A DNA stretch of 64,000 bases from an uncultured archaeon (GCA_963810275.1 CAWENF010000005.1:1-64000), one strand, 5' to 3'; counted from the stretch's first letter, positions 1 to 9,654 are shown. Numbers and translations: made by a program. Notes: generated from the sequence alone by a model not told the origin.

Positions 1-10
1 ACACAGTGTA

Positions 11-76
11 GAAGTGGACAGGGGGATTTGGACCCAAGTCCGAGTGGAGATATCAACCGCAATTTCCCCATTTTTC
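11..76 (-). repeat. Degenerate att junction copy A (tRNA-Ala 3' end core plus arm motif)
   Basis: GAAGTGGACAGGGGGATTTGGACCC resembles the tRNA 3' end GAAGTGGACCGGGGGGGATTTGAACCC at 3752-3778. It is followed by CGCAATTTCCCCATTTTTC (58-76), similar to the motif in copy B. Confidence 0.7.
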
Positions 77-229
77 ATGAATTAGATTTTTTTCAAAATG
101 AACTTAAAGAATTTAAAAAGCCTAAACATTACAAACAAAAAATTGGAAAGAAATGCTTTTTGCTCGTGAAGTCGCAAAGATATTTAACCAAGCTCCAAAC
201 AAACAGTTTATTTGAGGAGAGAGGAAAAA

Positions 230-2279
230 ATGAACAAAAAAGTACTGTCCACAATTTTGTTAATATGCCTTTCAGTACCAATTATTTCATCAAGTTTTGT
301 CATACAACCTACAAATGCTGCAACAACTGGTACTTTAGCAGACAACATAAACGATGTAATTAGTAATGCAAACTTGAATGCAGATAATTCATGGAAAACA
401 AACTGGGCAATTATTTTAGCCAATCAACAACAAACAGCTTTCGATAGCGCAATAACACAAGATATAGAAAAACAAGATTATTTAGACGCTTTATTTGTGG
501 CAAGACTCGCAGAACTAAGTGGTTACACATCAACATTTATTTCCGACGCGACAAAGACCGCTCTTGAAAACATTGACATGTGCGGTAGCCTGCCAATCAC
601 AGCAAACGCCCAAAGCTATGGAGACCCTGATCAGCAAAACCAAGGATGCTATTTAGTATACAACCGAAACACACTGTGGGCTTACCAATATGCAGCCAAC
701 TATGGTTTAGATAGTAAATGGAACGTGAATCAAGCGTTCACAGATTTAGCAAATGCATACGATCGCCCACCAATCGACAGTGTTTCTGGAGAGATGTTGT
801 GGATTGACCCTCAAGAAAGCTGGGCAAGATCATACTCAAGCAGATACTATGACGAACATGCCCAAACTCTTAGCGTTTTTCTAAAACTTGCACAGCAAGG
901 TGTACCAGAAGCTATGTCTTATGCCGATGATGCTTGGGCAGGAATTCAAGACCATTGGAATAGACGTTCACAGTACTATGGGTATACAAGTACCCGTACT
1001 GTCGAGTGTGAAATGGGAAATTTCGCACAAATAATTGCAGAATACCAAGACCTTAAAGGAGAAACAATTCCATATTGGGATAGAGTCATTCAGGATCTGA
1101 ATTATAAGCTGCTAGCTAACGGCTGGAGTTCTCCTGGCTGGGCAGTTCCTGGCGTTGTTGTCCACGCTTCAACTAACTCTGAATTGAGGCTTTGGGAAAC
1201 AATGGGAGCAACTATTGCTCTTCAAGCGCAATATCCTGACTTTACTGAGACCATGAAGGCTAACTGGGCAGATATGCTGATGGGTTCAAGTCCAGCATGG
1301 CAAGGCTTACTTGAAAGCAGCTTAAATGTCGATGGGCAGTTTAAAGGAACCAGTAGCGTGAATATATCTGATGAGGCAACGATTTGTGCAGCAGCTACAC
1401 TTTTCTTATACGGCGTAGTGCCTAAAGGCGGTAGCTTAGATATCCCCAACATCGAAGAGTTCTACAATGACCTAAGAACACCTTTTAGCGTCTCAGATTT
1501 CAAGTTCAACTACGCAGATCATTTGATTTAAGATTCCAGTTAAAGCAGGAGAAATCAGTTTCATTTACGGCACAACACCTCTCAGCTATACTTTTCCAAC
1601 CGATGGTGTCTATACTATTCAATTTTCAGATGATTGGAACCAAATTACCCAAGTGAACACTACCCCAGTAATCACCAATCCCCCAGCCCCTCCAACAAAT
1701 CTAAAAGCAGACGCTGATGATTCTAAAGTTACTCTATCGTGGACAGCTCCAACAGATAATGGTGGTACACCAATAACTGGTTATAAGCTCTACAAAGGAA
1801 CGAGCCTGCTCGACATTAACGAAGTGATCCTTCTAAATAATGTTGATAGTTACATAGATACAGCGGTAACAAACGATATTACATACTATTATTGCGTAGC
1901 AGCCATAAATTCTGTTGGTGAATCTGATGTTTCCGATTCTGTAAGTGCAACACCCAAAGTTTCAGTCATAAAAACTATGACCACTCAAGTTACGACTGAC
2001 AAAGAAACATATACTAAGGGTTCTACAGTGGCAATAATGGTAATTGCTCAGGACGCATCAAATCTAATGCCGCTTAGCAGTGCATCAACTGACGTTTCAG
2101 TATTTTCACCAAAGGGACAACTTTTGAACTCGCTAACCGGGGAAACGAATCTTGATGGAATTTCGTTATTAGCTTACAATTTGCCGCGTAATGCTCAAAA
2201 AGGGACCTATACTGTTAAAGCAACTGTTACATATGCAGACTATGAAATCTCATATGCGGATGCAACTTTCAAGGTATAA
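230..2279 (+). CDS. Secreted protein: signal peptide, large helical domain (possibly glycoside-hydrolase-like), fibronectin type III domain and C-terminal Ig-like domain; one extra base at ~1528
   Basis: ATG at 230 follows GAGGAG. Removing one T from TTGATTTAAG joins ORF 212..1531 to an open frame (KIPVKAGEISFIYG...) that runs into ORF 1653..2279, which has an FN3 pattern (PAPPTNL..VTLSWTAP..GGTPITGYKLY..YYYCVAAINSVGES). Confidence 0.7.
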
Positions 2280-2295
2280 CTTTTTTTATTTTTTT
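2280..2295 (+). terminator. Archaeal T-tract terminator
   Basis: Long T-rich run directly after the TAA stop at 2279. Confidence 0.5.
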
Positions 2296-2495
2296 ACTGT
2301 CTTACGGCTAACTCCATCGGATTCTCGAGCGCTTTAATTCTTAAAGGTCAAGCAACTGAGGTTTCCACCGCCAACACCTTCAGAACCGTCCAATCATCAA
2401 AACAGAGGCTACTTTATAGTTGGACAAATAACGGAACGGCAGAAAGAGCATATTACACTTCTTTCAAGCTATGACTATAGTAAAAAAGAGAGTCA

Positions 2496-2554
2496 GGCTA
2501 CGAATTTGTATAGTGACTTCGAGAGCAACAAACTCTTCAGAAAAACGCAAGTAA
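2496..2554 (+). pseudogene. 3'-terminal remnant of a tyrosine integrase
   Basis: Allowing two 1-nt indels it reads GYEFV-SDFESNKLFRKRK*, matching the C-terminus GFEYVCDFGANKIFRKRK* of the integrase ending at 3695. It lies in the same position relative to an att site. Confidence 0.7.
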
Positions 2555-2579
2555 CTTAAAAGGACCTAAGTTCATTGAG

Positions 2580-2672
2580 GACCGGGGTGTATCGGAAAGT
2601 ATGAAAAAGTGGACCTGGGGGATTTGTACTCCTGACAAACTCGAGGCCTCACTCGCAAGCACCCATTTTTTC
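2580..2672 (-). repeat. Degenerate att junction copy B (arm, tRNA-Ala 3' core, arm)
   Basis: Core is AAGTGGACCTGGGGGATTTGTACTCCTGAC (2607-2636). GACCGGG sits 32 nt before the core GACC, as at the tRNA. CGCAAGCACCCATTTTTTC sits 33 nt after GATTTG, as in copy A. Confidence 0.75.
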
Positions 2673-2700
2673 TTAGCGCATTGGCAGGAGCCGAAACAAG

Positions 2701-2898
2701 ATGGAACACAAAATCATAAACTGCCCTCACTGCGGCAAGATCATCCCTGACTACGTTCTTAGAGGAGAATCCAAAAGACCCAACATAACCTGCCCAGAGT
2801 GCGGTAGTCCAAAGAATCGCAAAAACGGCTTTAGAAAGACTGACAATGGGCGAGTTCAAACTTACCGCTGCCAAGACTGCGGTCATAGGTTTTCGTAA
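2701..2898 (+). CDS. Small Zn-ribbon protein (IS1 InsA-like ribbon; paralogous to the integrase N-terminus)
   Basis: CPHCG and CPECGS..KNG..QTYRCQDCGHRFS; DNA similar to 3262-3380. Confidence 0.6.
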   Translation: MEHKIINCPHCGKIIPDYVLRGESKRPNITCPECGSPKNRKNGFRKTDNGRVQTYRCQDCGHRFS

Positions 2899-2966
2899 TC
2901 TTGTGTTCACATGATACTAACTGACCCATGCCTCTGAGATACTCTAACAAACAAGAGCCAGGGTAA

Positions 2967-3224
2967 CTACGGCAAATAGTATCTCTTTTCGCCTTTGGCA
3001 TCAATAATTTCCTTAATGTTTCCAAAAAGCTTCAAACGTGACAAGGTAAGAATTTCCCTTCTGCTCAAGGATAGCTCGATAACTGTCTTTGCACTGCTGG
3101 GTGAAGTTGCCCCAGATTCCTTCAGTTTTTTCTTAAGCAACTGGCTGTGGCGAACAAGCGCTGGACCTGCAGACATTTTGCTTCCTTCTTTGTTTTTTGA
3201 TTCATTATTACATATAGCTCGCAA
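2967..3224 (-). CDS. Small basic hypothetical protein within the element
   Basis: 85-aa ORF filling the gap between the two Zn-ribbon sequences; no recognisable motif. Confidence 0.35.
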   Translation of the reverse strand: MRAICNNESKNKEGSKMSAGPALVRHSQLLKKKLKESGATSPSSAKTVIELSLSRREILTLSRLKLFGNIKEIIDAKGEKRYYLP

Positions 3225-3253
3225 TTAATGTTTCTCAAAAAATAAGGTCATGT

Positions 3254-3695
3254 GTTCTCATAGGAGAATCCACAAGACCCATTGTGACCTGCCCAGAATG
3301 CGGAAGCCGAAGGAACTATCGAAATGGCATGCGCAATGGGAAGCAAACGTTCCTTTGCCGGGACTGCGGATACAGATTCACAGACCCAGCACTACCACAA
3401 AAAAAACTCTGAGAGGCGATTAAATAGCTCTTTTGGCATATTCGTAGGTAGCCAAATCTGCCCACAGGAAGCGATGGAATACCGAAAGACCCGCGATATC
3501 CTCCACGTCAAAGAGATCCTCGGCCACAAATCCCTCAACAACACAATGCTCTACACCCAGCTGATCAGCTTTAGGAATGACGAATTCTCTGCAACCGTTG
3601 CCCACTCAGAAGAAGAAACCTGCAAGCTCATCGAAGAAGGCTTTGAGTACGTCTGCGATTTCGGAGCTAACAAAATCTTTAGGAAAAGGAAGTAA
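3254..3695 (+). pseudogene. Internally deleted tyrosine integrase (N-terminal Zn ribbon joined to the catalytic C-terminal end)
   Basis: CPECGSRRNYRNG..FLCRDCGYRF, a frameshift in the A8 run at 3399-3406, then MEYRKTRDILHVKEILGHKSLNNTMLYTQL (box II LGH..Y). Box I and the HxxR motif are absent. The gene ends about 60 nt from the tRNA 3' end. Confidence 0.8.
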
Positions 3696-3755
3696 AAATG
3701 AACTGCTACAAAAAATTTAGTAATAGACCGGGAATCAGACAAAAGCATGTTGAAG

Positions 3756-3829
3756 TGGACCGGGGGGGATTTGAACCCCCGACCTCTTGAGTGCAAGTCA
3801 AGCGTTCATACCAGCTGAACTACCGGCCC
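3756..3829 (-). tRNA. tRNA-Ala(TGC), intronless
   Basis: Reverse complement GGGCCGGTAGTTCAGCTGGTATGAACGCTTGACTTGCACTCAAGAGGTCGGGGGTTCAAATCCCCCCCGGTCCA folds as a cloverleaf with anticodon TGC and the G3:U70 alanine determinant. Confidence 0.97.
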
Positions 3830-3954
3830 GTTTCGTAGCCAATCTTGATGCACATCTTTGATATTTAGGTTTTGCCGCCCAGAAGCTAAAGCTGCGTGTT
3901 GAAAAAACAAAACAGACAAAAAATAGAAATAAACGGTTAGTTAAATCGATTTGC

Positions 3955-4101
3955 TTAGTAGCTGTTTCTGGGTCTTGGCGGGCGCATTCTGGACCAGCAT
4001 TCCCTGCAGTACACTGGCCTGCTTGGGTCGGGTTTGAATGGTACTTCGCATTCTTGCCCGCATTCGGAGGAGGTTGTTTTATGCATTTCTTTAAATGACA
4101 C
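3955..4101 (-). CDS. CxxC-x17-CxxC domain small protein (48 aa; first Cys replaced by Ser); not in the ORF track
   Basis: GTG start after GAGGAG; translates to MSFKEMHKTTSSECGQECEVPFKPDPSRPVYCRECWSRMRPPRPRNSY, with the family signature EVPFKP..RPVYCREC. Confidence 0.85.
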   Translation of the reverse strand: MSFKEMHKTTSSECGQECEVPFKPDPSRPVYCRECWSRMRPPRPRNSY

Positions 4102-4316
4102 TCTATTTTCAACTCCTCGACTATTTTGCATAATATTGTTGCACAGTATATTTTTATGTAGTTGAATGCGAATAAAATTTATTATTTAATTCAAATTTTG
4201 CTTATTTTACTCGAATACGGCTGTTTGGGTTGCCCGAGCAATACATTGAACATAGCGTAAGGTACCATAAACTATTTTAAATCTGCAAATCAATCAAACA
4301 TCAAACAAAACTCTGG

Positions 4317-5183
4317 TTGATTTTTATGGCGTCATATGAACGTAACATGGCTCAGCTTAAATCTTACAAAGAACAGCAAGCCCAAGAGGAACAGGAACTT
4401 AAACTCCGCATGGGCAAAATCAAGCATAAAATCGCCATCATAAGCGGCAAAGGCGGCGTCGGCAAATCCACCGTTACCGTGAATTTGGCGACGGCGTTTG
4501 CCCTACGCGGAAACAAAGTGGGTGTATTGGACGCAGACATCCATGGTCCTAGCGTTCCCCGCCTCTTAGGTGTGGAGGGTAAACGGGTTAAGGCGTCTCC
4601 GGCGGGTGCTTTTCCCATCGATGGACCCTTGGGGATCAAGGTTATGTCAATTGACTTCTTCTTAGACGAGCAATCTCCAACCATTTGGCGCGGTCCATTA
4701 AAGATGCGTGCCATCAAACAGTTCCTAAGCGAAGTAGTCTGGGGCGAGCTGGATTACCTCTTCATCGATTTGCCGCCGGGCACCGGCGACGAGCCGCTTA
4801 GCGTGGCACAGCTTTTGCCTGAAATGGACGGCGTCGTCATCGTAACTATGCCCACTAAGCTATCTAGCAACATCGTCAAAAAAGCCATAACGTTTGCCGA
4901 GACGCTGAACATGAAGGTCATTGGCGCAGTGGAGAACATGAGCGGCTTCATTTGCCCTCACTGCGGTGAGAAAACGGAGATCTTCGGTTCCGGCGGCGGC
5001 GAAAAAATGAGTAAAGAAGCAGGCGTACCATTCCTTGGCAGCATACCCATCGATCCCTCTGTGGGCGTGGACTCAGACAAGGGCACACCGTTTGTGGTTG
5101 CTAACGAAAAGTCATCTGCGTCGCAGGCGTTCAAAGAAATCGTCGATAAAGTCCAAGAGTTTATAGATGACAATAAAAAATAA
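4317..5183 (+). CDS. mrp: Mrp/NBP35 (ApbC) Fe-S cluster carrier ATPase
   Basis: SGKGGVGKST, DADIHGPS, WRGP, DLPPGTGD, ENMSGFICPHC motifs. Confidence 0.95.
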   Translation: MIFMASYERNMAQLKSYKEQQAQEEQELKLRMGKIKHKIAIISGKGGVGKSTVTVNLATAFALRGNKVGVLDADIHGPSVPRLLGVEGKRVKASPAGAFPIDGPLGIKVMSIDFFLDEQSPTIWRGPLKMRAIKQFLSEVVWGELDYLFIDLPPGTGDEPLSVAQLLPEMDGVVIVTMPTKLSSNIVKKAITFAETLNMKVIGAVENMSGFICPHCGEKTEIFGSGGGEKMSKEAGVPFLGSIPIDPSVGVDSDKGTPFVVANEKSSASQAFKEIVDKVQEFIDDNKK

Positions 5184-5229
5184 ATTGTAAAAAATGTGGG
5201 AGAGCTAACTCTCTTTTTTCTTTTTTGGT

Positions 5230-5523
5230 TTAAGCTGTTTTGGTTAGAGTAATTTCTATCGTGGAAACCATTCTAGACCTGTTTTCGCCTTCGCGTGGTG
5301 GCATCTCTGCGGTTCCGATTGCGATTTTAGTCACTTTGAGGTCTTTGATGAAGCGGCTTCTGGTGATTTCGGCGACGTCAACTGCTGTGGTGATTGCTTG
5401 TCCTCTTGCTTTTAGGGTGATTTCTTTTTGGGAACCACTTGAGAAAGCGGTTATTATGGCGAGCACGTAGCTCATGGGTGGTTTGTTTCCGACGAAAATT
5501 ACGTCACTAGCTTTTTCAGACAT
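5230..5523 (-). CDS. albA: DNA/RNA-binding protein Alba
   Basis: IFVGNKPPMSYVLA..LKARGQAITTAVDVAEI..VSTIEI. Confidence 0.95.
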   Translation of the reverse strand: MSEKASDVIFVGNKPPMSYVLAIITAFSSGSQKEITLKARGQAITTAVDVAEITRSRFIKDLKVTKIAIGTAEMPPREGENRSRMVSTIEITLTKTA

Positions 5524-5783
5524 GTATTTTTTTCAACTCCTTTTTTTGGTAGATTTATGCGGTGTGTTAACGTTCAAGCTGTCTCTCCCATTGGGACTGC
5601 GAACGTTATGCCTTTGTAGTAGGTAAAACTAGCTTATAAATCAGCTTTTCAAAGCGAAACCTCGGATGGCCACCATACATGTTGGCGCAGTAAGCAAGAG
5701 ACTACAAAGATTTGCTGTGTGGGGGAAAAAGCGGTATGGTTTTATACTGCAACCTAAAAGGGAAGATACATTTAGGGAAGCCC

Positions 5784-6554
5784 ATGTCTGTGTCGCCTGC
5801 GCTACGCGAAATCCTCGCCAGGAGAATCGCCGGAGAAATCATACTCTCATCTAAGCCAGGATCCACTATGCGTAAATGGCGGGAGCTCTTCGCTGTCTCG
5901 CAGACCAGTCTAAGCGAAGCCATGCACTGCAACTCCTCAGTAATAAGCGACTATGAAAGCGGACGCAGGCAGAGTCCAGGGGCCAAGTTCATCCGCCGAT
6001 TTGTCCTTTCGCTTTTACATATTGACGAACAGAAAGGCAGCCGCTTCATCCGAGAATTCGCCAAACTCACAAGTTCTCCGAGCATGGCAGTAGTGGACCT
6101 ACGTGAATTCCCCGTGCCAGTCAGAGTAGAATACCTCTGCAAAGCCATAGGCGGCGAAGTCGTTGCCTGCCAAGACCGCTACGTCAAAGAAGTCTCAGGC
6201 TACACTGTGGTGGACAGTCGACGAGCCGTGGAAGCCTACAGCGGCCAAGACTACTCACAACTCTTCGGCGCTTCAACCGAACGCGCCCTCATATTCACCG
6301 ACGTAGACGATAGCGCCCTACCCATGATGATAGTGAGGGTCAGCAGCCTAAAACCCAAAATCATCGTCTTCCATAAAACACAGCCTAATCAAGAAGCCAT
6401 CCAAATTGCGCAGTACGAACAGATACCGCTGCTTTACACGTCGGCACCAACTTTGGAGCAGCTGGTGAAGTCGCTGCGAAAACTCTACCGAGTAGCACTA
6501 CGCGTGAAATTGGGAAAGAAGAAGGTAAGACCACCACCAAAAATCAGCGCTTAA
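5784..6554 (+). CDS. Archaeal XRE-type HTH transcriptional regulator
   Basis: RIAGEIILS..PGSTMRKWRELF..SVISDYESGRRQSPG; ATG at 5784. Confidence 0.85.
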   Translation: MSVSPALREILARRIAGEIILSSKPGSTMRKWRELFAVSQTSLSEAMHCNSSVISDYESGRRQSPGAKFIRRFVLSLLHIDEQKGSRFIREFAKLTSSPSMAVVDLREFPVPVRVEYLCKAIGGEVVACQDRYVKEVSGYTVVDSRRAVEAYSGQDYSQLFGASTERALIFTDVDDSALPMMIVRVSSLKPKIIVFHKTQPNQEAIQIAQYEQIPLLYTSAPTLEQLVKSLRKLYRVALRVKLGKKKVRPPPKISA

Positions 6555-6664
6555 CTCATACAGAAAGTAGCGAATATTTTGACTATCTTAGGCAGCGAAG
6601 TAAGCTCTGATACATATTTTAGATTCTCGCCAAGTTGGCTGTTTAAGCGTTTTCTCGAGGTTTC

Positions 6665-6985
6665 ATGTTTGTCTTTTGGGTGATGCTTATTGTTTCAAAC
6701 CAGATTTTACCCGAGCAAATCCCATACTCTACCATTTTTCATTTAGCTGGTGAATTCTGCACTGCATCATCGCTCATCATATCAGGAGATGGTTTAATGA
6801 AATGGAAAGGTTGGGCTAAAATTTTATCGCCTCTTGCGTTAGGCATGTTACTCTGCACTGTGGTGGTAAGCCCAGGGTATTATGCACATTAAGGCGAAAC
6901 ACCAATGGTTGTTATGTTTTCGGTGCTAATTGCTTTAACACTCATCGCGTTAGCGGCAGTGTTCAGGGTTTCCAAGTTTATATAA
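6665..6985 (+). pseudogene. Small multi-pass membrane protein with an in-frame TAA at 6890
   Basis: The hydrophobic reading continues past the stop (PGYYAH*GETPMVVMFSVLIALTLIALAAVFRVSKFI). Confidence 0.5.
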
Positions 6986-7184
6986 ATCAAATTAGAAGCT
7001 TCCTATAGAGATGAGTTCTTTTTTCCTTGAGTACAAGTTGCTGCAATCAGCATAGACCCCAAACCAAAAAACTACAAAAATAGTTTATTTTGCCGTAAAG
7101 CTTAGAAAATAAGAAAAGCCTGCATTTTCTCTTCTTAGCTAACTAAAACAAAACCCCCAAAAACAGGGAAGATAAGGGATATTC

Positions 7185-8459
7185 TCACACTTTGAATCGC
7201 AACATTGCTGCGACGCCGCCAAAAGCGTTCTTTAACATCTGGCCCTCTTCGGTTTCGGTCGAAATAACCTCCACTTCCGTGTTGGTTAAAGCCGCCAAGT
7301 CGCCTATGTCGTCAATTATGTCTTTTTTGTCAACAACAGTCATGGAAGGTGCTTGGCAATTGCCGCATGGTTTACCCACCAAGCCAGCCTCGAAATCCGC
7401 CAAGTTTTTACCTTTAACAGTGTGCTCTTCTTGGGTGTCGCAGGCGCCACATTTAACCGTAACTCGGACGAGGTCAACGGCTTCGCTTAGCAGCACCAGC
7501 CGAACAGCACCCATATTCATCAGACGGCGAACTTCGGCTTCGCCATAAGTTATGTATCCGCTATCATGGCCCACTTCATAGAGAAATTTTTGCATTATTT
7601 CTTTCTCCTCAATGTAGCGAACTTTTTTCATGATTTCAGGCGCCTTCTCAACCACTTCTTTAACGCCTTGCTCTTCGACATATGCCGTATCCACAACATC
7701 AAGGATTTTGCCCTGCAACTGGTAGTTCAGGTAGTTGCCTTTCTGGAAATCATACTTTGTCGGACCAGGGCCCGCAAGGATAATGCCTTTGAGATTCTCC
7801 AGTGGCATAAAAACTTCGTCAGCATGTCTAGCTATGCGTTGATAGTACTCGTTTAGTTGCATGTCCCGCAGCCGTTCATAACGCCTTGATGACTGCCCGC
7901 CAGCGCGGGTTTTGCCAGTGACACCGCTATACATCTGCATGACAATCTTTAGGTGCTTACCCTGCAAGGTAGCTATGGTGGCGTCGCTTGCGTCAACCAG
8001 CAAAATGCCATATGCCTCTTTTTCTCTGAGCATTTCTTGGAGGTGCTCAGTGTGGAAGCGGTTATCACATCGGTAAAGGAAAATTCGGATAGGTTCAGGC
8101 GGAACAATCACGTAGGTCTCCATGCGTTCCGTACCTGGTCCCCCTCCTTCTTGGGGTAAGGCGCCTGTGAAGACGACTATGCCTTTTTCGCCGGGGTCCT
8201 TGAAAAGCTTGAGTTTCTGCTGTGCCTTAATAATGGCGTCCAACACGTTTTTGCGCGTAACGTTGGATTTAATGTTCGATGCTGTGCCGTACTCGTTGCG
8301 CAAAAGGTTTAATGCATCACTGATTTGCTTGTCAGGCGGCACGTAGATGGTGATGAGTTCGGTGTGGCTGCCCTCTTTGGAGGCTAAAGCGTTTATGGTC
8401 TTTCGTAGTCGGAACAGTTCAAGTGAACTTTTTTTGCTTGCAATGCCTGGAGTACTCAA
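7185..8459 (-). CDS. prf1: Peptide chain release factor aRF1
   Basis: TASNIKS, YRCD and GGQS motifs; Zn-ribbon insert in domain 3. Confidence 0.97.
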   Translation of the reverse strand: MSTPGIASKKSSLELFRLRKTINALASKEGSHTELITIYVPPDKQISDALNLLRNEYGTASNIKSNVTRKNVLDAIIKAQQKLKLFKDPGEKGIVVFTGALPQEGGGPGTERMETYVIVPPEPIRIFLYRCDNRFHTEHLQEMLREKEAYGILLVDASDATIATLQGKHLKIVMQMYSGVTGKTRAGGQSSRRYERLRDMQLNEYYQRIARHADEVFMPLENLKGIILAGPGPTKYDFQKGNYLNYQLQGKILDVVDTAYVEEQGVKEVVEKAPEIMKKVRYIEEKEIMQKFLYEVGHDSGYITYGEAEVRRLMNMGAVRLVLLSEAVDLVRVTVKCGACDTQEEHTVKGKNLADFEAGLVGKPCGNCQAPSMTVVDKKDIIDDIGDLAALTNTEVEVISTETEEGQMLKNAFGGVAAMLRFKV

Positions 8460-8541
8460 ATCTTTTCACTGACACCAATTAATTCAATTTTACTATCGTT
8501 GAGGATAGAAAAATAAAAGTTATGACCCAAAAAATCGAGGG

Positions 8542-9552
8542 TCAAGCTTTAGCTGTTTTTGGAGCCTTCTCTGCGGGCGGCTCCATGGGAACGCCTAGAG
8601 CCTCTTTCAGGTGGGCCTTGAAGGGCCCAAGTTTGCCACCGTAATTTCCAGCGTTGATTTTAATAATACCTGGGCATCCAAGTGCAGCTTCCAAACCGAC
8701 AGCCATGGCTTTTTTAACTGAGTCAAGAGTTAAGCCGTTAATAACGATTTCCAGAACACTCTCACATCCCTCTGGCACGACAGTGTCAGGAACGACAGCT
8801 CGAAGAGTAGGGCAGTATCTATGGTTAGTTGAAGCTTTAAGTTTATATTTCAAGGAGCCAGCTTTGCTTCCTGAACGACAAAGCCCGCCAGGGAAAGGTA
8901 AAATTACGTCTGGAACCTGAGCGCGGATTGCGTCTGCAGCTGCTTCTGCTGCTTTGAGGCATTCTGCGTCGCTTTTTGCAAATATCATAAAGTTTCCGCC
9001 TGCAACTCCTTCCATGGCGCCAAATCCGTCTTCAACTATGAAGCTGCCTTCCATGACTGGGATTTTCCAGCATTTGCGCCCGCCGACGAGTGCCTTTTTC
9101 TGAAAACCATCGCCGAAGTAGCGAAGACTGCTACCGATTAGCAGTACACGTTTGCCTAAAAGACCGTTGAACGCCGTCGTAGTTGGACAGGTCATAGTGC
9201 ATTGACCGATGCGCCCCATGAGGCTGTGTTTGAGTTCAAATCTGTCTTTGTTATAAATTTGGATTAGTATACCTGGGCGTTTATCTGGTGTTTGGTCGGC
9301 TGGAACAGTGCGTTCAATTGCGGCTTCGGCTGATGCGGCAATGACGCTTGTAGCGTAGCCGGTGGTTATCGACGCCGCGATTTCTGCCCATTTCTCGTTT
9401 GCTGCGGTAATGAGTACTCTGCCCACCCACAGGGGGAACATTTCTGCGAACGTATCCTCTACCTGGACAATGCCGAATTTGGTTTTAACATTGAACATTT
9501 GTGTTTTTTCGTCATAACTTTGAATTTCAAACGCCTTATTTTTTGCCGACAT
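8542..9552 (-). CDS. ftr: Formylmethanofuran--H4MPT formyltransferase
   Basis: VEDTFAEMF, RIGQCTMTCPTT, GVAGGNF, FPGG..RSGSK, AGNYGGKLG. Confidence 0.95.
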   Translation of the reverse strand: MSAKNKAFEIQSYDEKTQMFNVKTKFGIVQVEDTFAEMFPLWVGRVLITAANEKWAEIAASITTGYATSVIAASAEAAIERTVPADQTPDKRPGILIQIYNKDRFELKHSLMGRIGQCTMTCPTTTAFNGLLGKRVLLIGSSLRYFGDGFQKKALVGGRKCWKIPVMEGSFIVEDGFGAMEGVAGGNFMIFAKSDAECLKAAEAAADAIRAQVPDVILPFPGGLCRSGSKAGSLKYKLKASTNHRYCPTLRAVVPDTVVPEGCESVLEIVINGLTLDSVKKAMAVGLEAALGCPGIIKINAGNYGGKLGPFKAHLKEALGVPMEPPAEKAPKTAKA

Positions 9553-9654
9553 TGAGGAGACCTTGCCAGTTTCTTTGCGTCTTGTATAATTTAACTGTTT
9601 TCATGACTTTATTGTTTTCAAATTGTCCAATCCAGACGATTAGTGAGGCGGAGT

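Larger units (their letters stand above)
1..3755. mobile_element. Tandem decayed integrative elements / genomic island at tRNA-Ala; probably extends left of the window
   Basis: Two degenerate att copies plus the tRNA itself, two integrase remnants and a cargo gene. Confidence 0.7.

Noticed and set aside
2701-2898. IS1 element suggested by the InsA-like Zn ribbon
   Set aside because: No InsB/DDE domain or terminal inverted repeats; the ribbon matches the adjacent integrase N-terminus.
3399-3406. A8 run as a programmed frameshift site in the integrase
   Set aside because: The gene already lacks its catalytic core, and similar homopolymer indels occur across the window.
11-3780. Repeated tRNA-like motif as a CRISPR array or a classical integron attC array
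   Set aside because: Only three copies, kilobases apart and derived from the tRNA 3' end; no cas genes and no attC-type palindromes seen.
3798-4112. 104-aa ORF overlapping the tRNA
   Set aside because: It overlaps tRNA-Ala and is out of frame with the better-supported 48-aa gene at 3955-4101.
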